A stretch of 37,504 nt of DNA, taken from contig JAWAHS010000014.1 of the NCBI GenBank assembly GCA_038889075.1, forward strand, positions 1-37,504, written 5' to 3'. Under the pieces are notes generated by a model. It was not told the DNA's origin. It was given only the letters and a program-made list of their open reading frames with translations, and made no database searches. This document shows, piece after piece, positions 30,838 to 37,504 of the stretch. The position numbers were made by a program, and so were the translations under genes. This DNA is from Ignisphaera sp. (lineage in GTDB: Archaea > Thermoproteota > Thermoprotei_A > Sulfolobales > Ignisphaeraceae). Position 1 is the first letter of the stretch. Each line of letters begins with the position of its first letter.

Positions 30838-30918
30838 ATAAACCTATAAGCGGTTAAGTATTTAAGTCTTGATGGATAAGCGATCGTTGAATTGACCAAA
30901 AGATTTGACCCAGAGTAG

Positions 30919-31212
30919 GTGAGATTTTTGACCAAGATCTGTGCTGTATGCGGTAGACCTGCTGTTGAGGAGGATAGCGTTAGGTGTGCTGTATGTGGAG
31001 CTCTAATGCACAGATCCTGTGCATCCAGTGATACTCTAACTGATGCTGAGGACAACAAACTGTGTCCATACGATGCTATGCTTGCCGCATTGGACTGGTT
31101 TGATGCTATTCTAACAGAATATACAGATTCACTCAGCAGTGAACAGAGAAACGAAGTAGCTGACAGGCTCAGATCCTATCTAGATATTCTAGAGAATAGA
31201 AAATCTGCCTAG
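30919..31212 (+). CDS. Small zinc-finger protein (PHD/RING-like cross-brace) with helical C-terminus
   Basis: CxxC-x11-CxxC-x4-HxxC-x14-CPYD; SD AGGTGAG suggests TTG 30928 as an alternative start. Confidence 0.8.
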   Translation: MRFLTKICAVCGRPAVEEDSVRCAVCGALMHRSCASSDTLTDAEDNKLCPYDAMLAALDWFDAILTEYTDSLSSEQRNEVADRLRSYLDILENRKSA

Positions 31213-32053
31213 CATCACCCATTATACGGAACTACATTCATTTCATACAGAACTCCTAAAGGCCAGATTCCATAGTGTGGCAATACTTCTGGCTACTCAA
31301 TACACCTACTTACTAGCTTAAACACATAGTTAATGAACTCTAGATTCTCTCCTACAATATACACCTTATACGTCCCAGAAGGGTTGACATCGCCGCTCGC
31401 AAATCATCAGGCAGAACTCTGTAGTACTATATATGTATTTGATCTCTATACATCATCAGAAAATCCTGAGTTGTAGAGGGAATAGACATCGGGGTAGACC
31501 TCTCTAATTTCTTCAGCTACTCCAACACGTCATCATCACCTGTGGATGTGTCCGTAAGACTATTTATGGAGTACGAGCTTTTGAGGTTAGAGGTACAGTA
31601 TACCCACTGAGGAAGTATCAAGGAGAAACTCTGAAGACGTGATGGGGAAACCGTAAAGCGATATTAACGATAGAGTTGGAGTGGTTAGGTATTCTGAAAT
31701 AGAAGCATTTGAAACAATCTACATATCAATAGCCTAGGGAGGAAATCTAATTAGTGAATTGGTTAGTAGGTAATGCTATACTATATAATTGCTCCTTGTT
31801 CTCTTAAAGTTTTTCGGAGTAGTGATACGTCTAACCTTCTAGGGGGTGTGCTGAGCTTTGCTGAGAGAGCTGCTGCTGTACCAGCTGCCTGACCAATAGC
31901 TACAACTATTGGAATAATCCTTATTGCTGCCTGGGCTTCATGTGTTGATGAGATACACCTTCCAGCAACTATCAGATTTTCTACCTTTAAGGGTATTAAA
32001 CTTCTGTATGGAATCCCATAGTAGTCGCTGGGTGGTGGTCCTTTGATGAGGGT

Positions 32054-32244
32054 CCGTTTGTCCCTGGATATTTATTTTTGTTTGTTCATGTTCTTTTGTA
32101 TCCAGGGACTTCCACCTCACCCATACAGATATTGGTATCTGTATGGGTTCATGGGTGGCTGTTGAGCCCAATGGCACGGGGCTCCCATCTAGCTCAAGCC
32201 CTGGATGGCTTGGAGCATCACTCCCATCACCACCCAGGGCTTCC
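32054..32244 (-). ncRNA. Putative TnpB omega-RNA-like structured RNA
   Basis: Four hairpins: 32196-32204/32234-32242 (9 bp), 32164-32169/32179-32184 (6 bp), 32119-32131/32136-32148 (13 bp), 32060-32070/32099-32109 (11 bp); TATA-like box about 25 nt upstream. Confidence 0.55.
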
Positions 32245-32264
32245 AATAAACATAGAACAAAAAC

Positions 32265-32280
32265 AATGCTTATAAGCATT
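32265..32280. promoter_or_regulatory. Perfect 16-bp palindrome with TATA-like core in the element's left end
   Basis: AATGCTTATAAGCATT. Confidence 0.55.
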
Positions 32281-32588
32281 TCCTAAAAACATCAAGAAGA
32301 AAACAGCCCATCTATGCATATCATCCGTTCTCCAATCCTACCCTAGGTTATGGTGCTTACAAATTCCTTTTAACGAGAATAAAATTAATGTAATGATATA
32401 TGTAGTGGTGGTATTTATAGAGATACAGCTATACCAATTGTATACCTCCATCATTTCTCTGGTTTTTTCTTGGATGTGAAATGATTTGGCAATGTTTATA
32501 GGACGACTCAAAGTCTACAGCAGTCTTACGACTACGATTATGTTAATAGCTTTTAGTTTTAGTAATTAGTAATACAGAATCTCTCGAG

Positions 32589-33281
32589 GTGTCTTTGGCT
32601 TTGTCTACAGTTTCTATACTTATTAAAAGGGTTTTTAGAGGTGGTAGGGTAGAATATTTTGTTGATAGCATTGCAGTAGAGTTTGAGGTAGAGATTTATG
32701 TTAATGATGTTAGAGAGGCTGTTCTGGAGACCTCTCCAACAATGCTAGAGGAACTTGGAATAGGATATGCAAAAGCCCATGGATACAGCATCAGTAGCAT
32801 ATATATTGACAATAATAGAATTAGCATACATGCTAATCTAGATTCTACCAGATCTAGAAGACCAGTAGATGGTGTAAGGATAACAGCTGAAGGTATCTTT
32901 AGGGCTGTAGGAAATACCTTTTCTATGGCAAAGCTATTTAGAGAAACTGGATGTTTCCATGTAGCAGCCCTAGCAACCGTCAACGGAGATGTTGTAGAAT
33001 TTGTGGAGGATATATCAAGACACTGCGCACTGTACAAATTAATGGGAAGCATTATTAAAAAGAATATCGAGACGTATGACAAAGTTGTTGTTATGTCCTC
33101 TAGAGCAGCATCTCGTTTAATAGAATCCATAGCGATACTCGGAATTCCGATAGCATTATTTCGAGGAGCACCAACAAATAGAGCTATTGAAAAAGCAAAA
33201 GAACTTAACATAACATTGGTTGCACATATACGGGAAGACAAATTCAATGTCTATACATATAATCATAGATTGCTATTCTAA
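32589..33281 (+). CDS. fdhD: Formate dehydrogenase accessory sulfurtransferase FdhD family
   Basis: SPTMLEELGIG, LFRETGCFHVAAL, EDISRHCALYKLMG and GAPT..AIEKA motifs. Confidence 0.85.
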   Translation: MSLALSTVSILIKRVFRGGRVEYFVDSIAVEFEVEIYVNDVREAVLETSPTMLEELGIGYAKAHGYSISSIYIDNNRISIHANLDSTRSRRPVDGVRITAEGIFRAVGNTFSMAKLFRETGCFHVAALATVNGDVVEFVEDISRHCALYKLMGSIIKKNIETYDKVVVMSSRAASRLIESIAILGIPIALFRGAPTNRAIEKAKELNITLVAHIREDKFNVYTYNHRLLF

Positions 33282-33558
33282 TGCTCCTATCTAATGGATG
33301 ATACGGATTAGGTTTATACAATTTAGAGAAAGGTTAGAATCATAGAAGGGTTGACTATATACACATCCATTTCGGTACTAAATTGCTCCTAAAGTAGGTC
33401 TATAGCTATGAATTGTTTGCAGAGCTGTATACTGCTATCACCATTGTATCTACAGTAGCCACTGTTATGAGAACCCTAGATGGTGCTACCATGTGATATA
33501 GAAATACATACCGCAGATCAATTCAATGGGTATATGCTCGTAAAAAAGTGTTTAGAGT

Positions 33559-34731
33559 TTAGACTTTGGGTAATCCAAACATTAGAAGTGCTCCAATAAG
33601 CTCTATTATAGCCGCGGTTATTATTAGTGTTCCTAGACCTGCTGCAAGTAGTGCTCCTCCTACAAATCCTCCAACTATAGCTGCCACAGATATCGCCATG
33701 AATATAGCTGTAATTGCAACCGATATGAGTTCGGGTTTAACACTTCTAGATGCAACATAGCTTGTTCCAGGCATTCCAACAACCCCGAATACTGTTACTA
33801 GCCAGAAGAGTATGGTGTATGCCCACATACTTCCCAGCGCAGGATACATTATAAATGTTATGATGGCCGATGCGAGTAGGGCCATTATCAGCGTTCTTTT
33901 ACCACCCAATTTATCTACAACGGGACCCCATATATAGGTTCCAACACCAAGCATTATGGAGGCGACACCCATAGCGAGGCTGTAGATCTCAGGTGGCGCT
34001 TTGTAAATCATTTCCAAGACTATCGATAGCGATGGGTACATGAAGTTCCATCCTATTAGATATATACAGATTGCAACAGCTGTCATGAATACTCCTCTAG
34101 CTTTTAAAGCTGTAGCTATATCTGAAGCCTTCATAGCTGGTAGTTGAACTCTAGGAGCTCTAACAGGAAGCATAAGGAGTAGTGCTACAAGTGCTAAAGC
34201 TGCTGCAAGGAAATACATTGCTTGGTAGCTTCCTCCCAATGCTGTAAATATCATGCCTGCAAAAATTTGTGAAACACCCATTCCGAGCATCATGGAGCCC
34301 GCTAGTATTCCTAGGATAGTGCCCCTGATTTTCTCAGGTGCTATGAGGGCTGCTATAGCCATGTATAGAGATGTGAAGGCAAATGTAATCCCAGCTATAG
34401 TTCTGTATATAGCTAATTCAATCCAAGAATGCGCCAAACCGAGGAGTGCATTAAAGATTACACCGAGTACAAGTCCTATTAATATTATCTCCTTCCTCCT
34501 ACCAGTCTTATCAGCATATATGCCTACAGGTAGTAGAAGTATCAAACCGGGAATTGATGGAAGTGCCATAATCATTGCAGTGGCTATGGCCATGGGAGCG
34601 CCGAGTCTTGCAGCATGGCCAGGTATCAAGGGTCCGTATATTCCGAAACCCGCACCTGCTAGAAGAGCTGAAAGTGCCAAGAATATTACCGGTGCTAGTG
34701 ATGCTTTAGGCTGCTGCGTAGGTACAGCCAT
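33559..34731 (-). CDS. MFS transporter
   Basis: About 12 TM; motif A GIYADKTGRRK and GPVVDKLGGKR. Confidence 0.9.
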   Translation of the reverse strand: MAVPTQQPKASLAPVIFLALSALLAGAGFGIYGPLIPGHAARLGAPMAIATAMIMALPSIPGLILLLPVGIYADKTGRRKEIILIGLVLGVIFNALLGLAHSWIELAIYRTIAGITFAFTSLYMAIAALIAPEKIRGTILGILAGSMMLGMGVSQIFAGMIFTALGGSYQAMYFLAAALALVALLLMLPVRAPRVQLPAMKASDIATALKARGVFMTAVAICIYLIGWNFMYPSLSIVLEMIYKAPPEIYSLAMGVASIMLGVGTYIWGPVVDKLGGKRTLIMALLASAIITFIMYPALGSMWAYTILFWLVTVFGVVGMPGTSYVASRSVKPELISVAITAIFMAISVAAIVGGFVGGALLAAGLGTLIITAAIIELIGALLMFGLPKV

Positions 34732-34807
34732 AACTCACACCACCATCTATAAATAGAGTACGACACTTATAAATTTATATTCATATTTGAATGGAGGTAC
34801 AACGATG

Positions 34808-36097
34808 CTAGTACTCTCCACATCTACTTACAGCTTCCACTGCCGCTCTCAAATTCTCTGGTTTCGTTTCATCTGGTATACCACCGACACCCGAACCTGA
34901 GAATATGAATACACCGAATTCCTTCATCTCCTTTAGAAGATTGCAAACCTCATTAAAGACTCTCTCGGGTGTTCCATGTATTAGATGTGCTACAGAGATT
35001 CCTCCCATCAATACTACGTGGCCACCGAGAACCTCACCAGCCTTTCTTAAATTGGTTCTCTCAAAGTATGCAATGATGCTTCCTTTTGGAGCCTCGAGAA
35101 TGGTTTCAAGATGTGGGGTGTGGTCTCCTTCAAAGAATATCCACGATTTTAAACCAGATCTATGGAATTCCTCTACAAGTTTTCTTAGATATGGCCAGTA
35201 GAATTCGCTATAGAGCTTCGGTGGCAGCATCTCATTCAAATGCAGAGGTATGAAAACAACGCCTACCTCGGTTCCAAACAGACTGCTTCTGATGTTGGCT
35301 GGTGGCATGGGTTTTAAACCAAGTTTTATAAGGTAAGGTAGTAGTGCTTCGGAAGCTGCCTTGAATTCCGCTGGTACTCTATATATGTCGGTTAAAGCAT
35401 AACTATGAGGGCATCTGAGATTGTCGGCTATATAATCTGCAGGGACAGTTGAAAATGAAAAGGGTAGAATGGGGTAACCCATATTCTTTAACTCATTAAA
35501 AAGTCTCAGATTTACTGCATTGAATTTTGCTGCTTCGAGACCAATCTTTATGAGTGTAGCTATGTAATGAGGTGTTCCGGGCATGCTCAGATTTCTGTAC
35601 ACCCTTGGAATGATCTTGTTTACTAAGAAGTATTCGGGGTCTCTTGCAAGCTCTGCATACTCGTCTACGGTCATGTATGGAGCGTCGACATATGCTATCT
35701 GTGCAGGTTTATTAACATCCAGTTCTCTACCAGGCCACTTAGTATACTTATCTCCTAGAATATCGTGTAGAGGACCTGTAAAGGATGGTATTACCGTTAG
35801 TAGTTCCGGGAATTTCTCAGCAAATATTATGGGCATTCCTAGAGGTCCTGGAATACCTGCACCAGGGGCAACGAATCCAGCAGCATCGAAATTAAACTCC
35901 TTGAAAACCTTTACAACACAGTTGTAGAAGATTTCATAGTTAAATGCATAGTCGTGGTATGTAACCTTGCAGTATCTTGCAGGAAAGTAGTGAAATGCGG
36001 GAAGGAATGGAACTCTATCGGGTCTCTTACCTGTTAGAGCATTTTCTATCCTATTCAATCGTTTGTTGAAAGTGTTATCGAAGGAATCCATAGACAT
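34808..36097 (-). CDS. URO-D/MtaA-CmuA superfamily protein (probable corrinoid-dependent methyltransferase)
   Basis: PDRVP, FIPLH, EFYWPYL, FFEGD, MGGI and ETKPENLRA motifs. Confidence 0.85.
   Translation of the reverse strand: MSMDSFDNTFNKRLNRIENALTGKRPDRVPFLPAFHYFPARYCKVTYHDYAFNYEIFYNCVVKVFKEFNFDAAGFVAPGAGIPGPLGMPIIFAEKFPELLTVIPSFTGPLHDILGDKYTKWPGRELDVNKPAQIAYVDAPYMTVDEYAELARDPEYFLVNKIIPRVYRNLSMPGTPHYIATLIKIGLEAAKFNAVNLRLFNELKNMGYPILPFSFSTVPADYIADNLRCPHSYALTDIYRVPAEFKAASEALLPYLIKLGLKPMPPANIRSSLFGTEVGVVFIPLHLNEMLPPKLYSEFYWPYLRKLVEEFHRSGLKSWIFFEGDHTPHLETILEAPKGSIIAYFERTNLRKAGEVLGGHVVLMGGISVAHLIHGTPERVFNEVCNLLKEMKEFGVFIFSGSGVGGIPDETKPENLRAAVEAVSRCGEY
35185..35254. repeat. 70-bp exact repeat, copy 1 (copy 2 at 36496-36565)
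   Basis: TTAGATATGGCCAGTAGAATTCGCTATAGAGCTTCGGTGGCAGCATCTCATTCAAATGCAGAGGTATGAA identical in both paralogues. Confidence 0.95.
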
Positions 36098-36118
36098 GGA
36101 AAAAACCGTATTGAATTC

Positions 36119-37402
36119 CTAGTATACACCATACTTTAGAACGGCATTGATATAGGTTCTTACGTTAGCTACGGGAGTAGCTTTGGGTAATTCATTTACT
36201 CCTAGAGATAGGATGAATCCTCCTTCAGGTTTTATCTGGCTAAGGAGATCCTTGATATATTCTTCGATTTTCTCAGGAGTTCCTCCAGCAACTAGAGATG
36301 GGGAAACCCCACCCATAACGGCTGTATGTCCCTTTAGCTTCTCCCAAACCTTTACAAAGTTTTTCGGTCTTTCAAACCATGCTATACCCCAGCCCTTTGG
36401 AAGCTCTAGTATTGTATCCACATGTGGTGAATGGTCACCCTCAAAGAATACAAAGCCTTTATAGCCTTTTCCAACTAGTGTCTCGATAACCTTCTTTAGA
36501 TATGGCCAGTAGAATTCGCTATAGAGCTTCGGTGGCAGCATCTCATTCAAATGCAGAGGTATGAAGAAGAACGTCAGTGGTGGAATTGGCGGTATTGCTG
36601 AAGCAACCTTTAAGATGGGTTCTATAAGAGCTTCACAAGCAGCTTTAAAGTCGTCTGGATACCTCCTCATATCGAGCATAGCTCCCGTTGGATGCCTTAG
36701 GAAATCACCTATAACATCTGCAGCAGTGTAGGCATTCGTCATTGGGAATAGAGGATTGCCCATTTTAACCACCGCTGTAAATACCTGCATTGTGAATGCT
36801 GATACCTGCTGCATAGTCATTCCAACCTTGATCCATGCACCATTCCATTTAGAGGATCCTGGTGTTCCAAGGCCTGGGCAAACCCTTGGAAGTACCGTAT
36901 TGTGCATGAATTCAATTGGATTTTCAATAAGTTTTCTATACTCCTTAGGTTCCATAAACTCGCCTCCTCTAAATTGTGGATGCATATCCTCCCTAAGCTC
37001 CCTACCGGGCCACTGGCTCCACCTATCCTTTAAGATATCATGCACAGGTCCCGTAAGAAATCTAATGGTATTTGAAAACTCTGGGAAATCGGCAAATGAG
37101 AGTGCGAGTGCAAATCCTTCAAGCATCATTGGTACAAATACTATACCCCAGTCGCTCGGAAAATCATGCAGAAATCTGAGTACAGCATCTCTAACTTTAT
37201 CGCTTAGACTATAGGATAGCTCATACCATGTGATTCCCGTATAGCTACAGAGAAAGTCTCCTCCAACACCAGCGACAGGAATTCTATCAGGAACCTTAAG
37301 CTCTACAGCTTTTATAAACCTCTCGGCCTTCTCTTTGGCAACAACATCAGGTTCCTTCTCATGCCTTTCAATCCAAACATCTATTTGTTCTTTTTGTTTC
37401 AT
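36119..37402 (-). CDS. URO-D/MtaA-CmuA superfamily protein, tandem paralogue
   Basis: PDRIP, FIPLH, EFYWPYL, FFEGD, GTPEKI and GGFILS motifs; SD AGGTGA. Confidence 0.85.
   Translation of the reverse strand: MKQKEQIDVWIERHEKEPDVVAKEKAERFIKAVELKVPDRIPVAGVGGDFLCSYTGITWYELSYSLSDKVRDAVLRFLHDFPSDWGIVFVPMMLEGFALALSFADFPEFSNTIRFLTGPVHDILKDRWSQWPGRELREDMHPQFRGGEFMEPKEYRKLIENPIEFMHNTVLPRVCPGLGTPGSSKWNGAWIKVGMTMQQVSAFTMQVFTAVVKMGNPLFPMTNAYTAADVIGDFLRHPTGAMLDMRRYPDDFKAACEALIEPILKVASAIPPIPPLTFFFIPLHLNEMLPPKLYSEFYWPYLKKVIETLVGKGYKGFVFFEGDHSPHVDTILELPKGWGIAWFERPKNFVKVWEKLKGHTAVMGGVSPSLVAGGTPEKIEEYIKDLLSQIKPEGGFILSLGVNELPKATPVANVRTYINAVLKYGVY
36496..36565. repeat. 70-bp exact repeat, copy 2
   Basis: Identical to 35185-35254. 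Confidence 0.95.
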
Positions 37403-37411
37403 GGTTTTATT

Positions 37412-37504
37412 TCACCTTTTTTTCTCCTCTATCCATTTTAGCATTGTTTTTACTCCATGTGCTGCATCGTTTGTCCATGCATCTGCTTCTATGTATTGGC
37501 ATGC
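37412..37504 (-). CDS. 3' end of a cobalamin-binding (corrinoid) protein, MtbC/MttC-like (partial)
   Basis: Frame ACQYIEADAWTNDAAHGVKTMLKWIEEKKR* matches the B12-binding domain C-terminal pattern (GADAWxxDAxxGV); stop overlaps the SD of the URO-D-like gene. Confidence 0.7.
   Translation of the reverse strand, partial: ACQYIEADAWTNDAAHGVKTMLKWIEEKKR

Larger units (their letters stand above)
32054..32308 (-). mobile_element. Non-autonomous IS607-like mini element (about 253 bp, no transposase)
   Basis: Bounded by GG dinucleotides (32308-32307 and 32055-32054); right end ...CCAGGGACAAACGG; no TIR and no longer TSD; removal restores the host reading frame; carries a TnpB-tail-like frame LELDGSPVPLGSTATHEP..WVRWKSL. 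Confidence 0.7.
31781..32324 (-). pseudogene. C-terminal fragment of an FAD-dependent oxidoreductase (PF12831-like) interrupted by an insertion
   Basis: 32053..31781 reads TLIKGPPPSDYYGIPYRSLIPLKVENLIVAGRCISSTHEAQAAIRIIPIVVAIGQAAGTAAALS..LREQGAII*, absent from the ORF track; MICIDG lies at 32324-32307 on the far side of the insertion. Confidence 0.85.

Noticed and set aside
31455-31540. C/D box sRNA on the minus strand (ATGATGA..CTGA)
   Set aside because: No convincing C'/D pair at archaeal spacing and no recognisable rRNA/tRNA complementarity
31938-32279. 113-aa ORF as a genuine protein
   Set aside because: It is a chimeric read-through of the mini element into the wrong frame of the FAD-oxidoreductase fragment, with no RuvC or zinc-finger motifs, so it is not a functional TnpB
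35185-36565. DGR template/variable repeat pair
   Set aside because: The copies are identical with no adenine-specific mismatches, and no reverse transcriptase is present in the window
16255-37214. Numerous 60-200-aa ORFs opposite the large genes (e.g. 16964..17578, 32696..33247, 34253..34756, 36756..37214)
   Set aside because: Fully antisense to well-supported genes and without motifs

Overview
Archaeal chromosomal segment, most likely a hyperthermophilic Thermoproteota (Desulfurococcales/Ignisphaera-like). This is inferred from GGTGA Shine-Dalgarno sites, BRE/TATA promoters, HEPN-MNT modules, a tungsten AOR and Thr-rich membrane-anchored surface proteins. 1-7 kb: variable region with toxin-antitoxin genes and remnants, a surface thermonuclease and a TnpB/IS remnant. 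8-16 kb: redox cluster (GltD-like/4x[4Fe-4S] fusion, ADH, W-AOR plus MoaD, PreA-like and DapA-like genes). 16-27 kb: probable pectin/oligogalacturonide utilisation locus (PL11-like propeller, GH28, Gfo/Idh/MocA enzyme, Opp/Dpp-type ABC importer). 28-33 kb: ThyA, class II GATase, NTP-transferase, a PHD-like zinc finger, and a ~253-bp transposase-free IS607-like element that looks like a stand-alone omega-RNA cassette interrupting an FAD-oxidoreductase fragment, followed by FdhD. 33.5 kb to end: corrinoid protein (3' end only), two URO-D/MtaA-superfamily methyltransferase-like paralogues sharing an exact 70-bp tract, and an MFS transporter. No rRNA, tRNA or CRISPR array was seen. All family calls come from motif recognition by eye; no database search was run.
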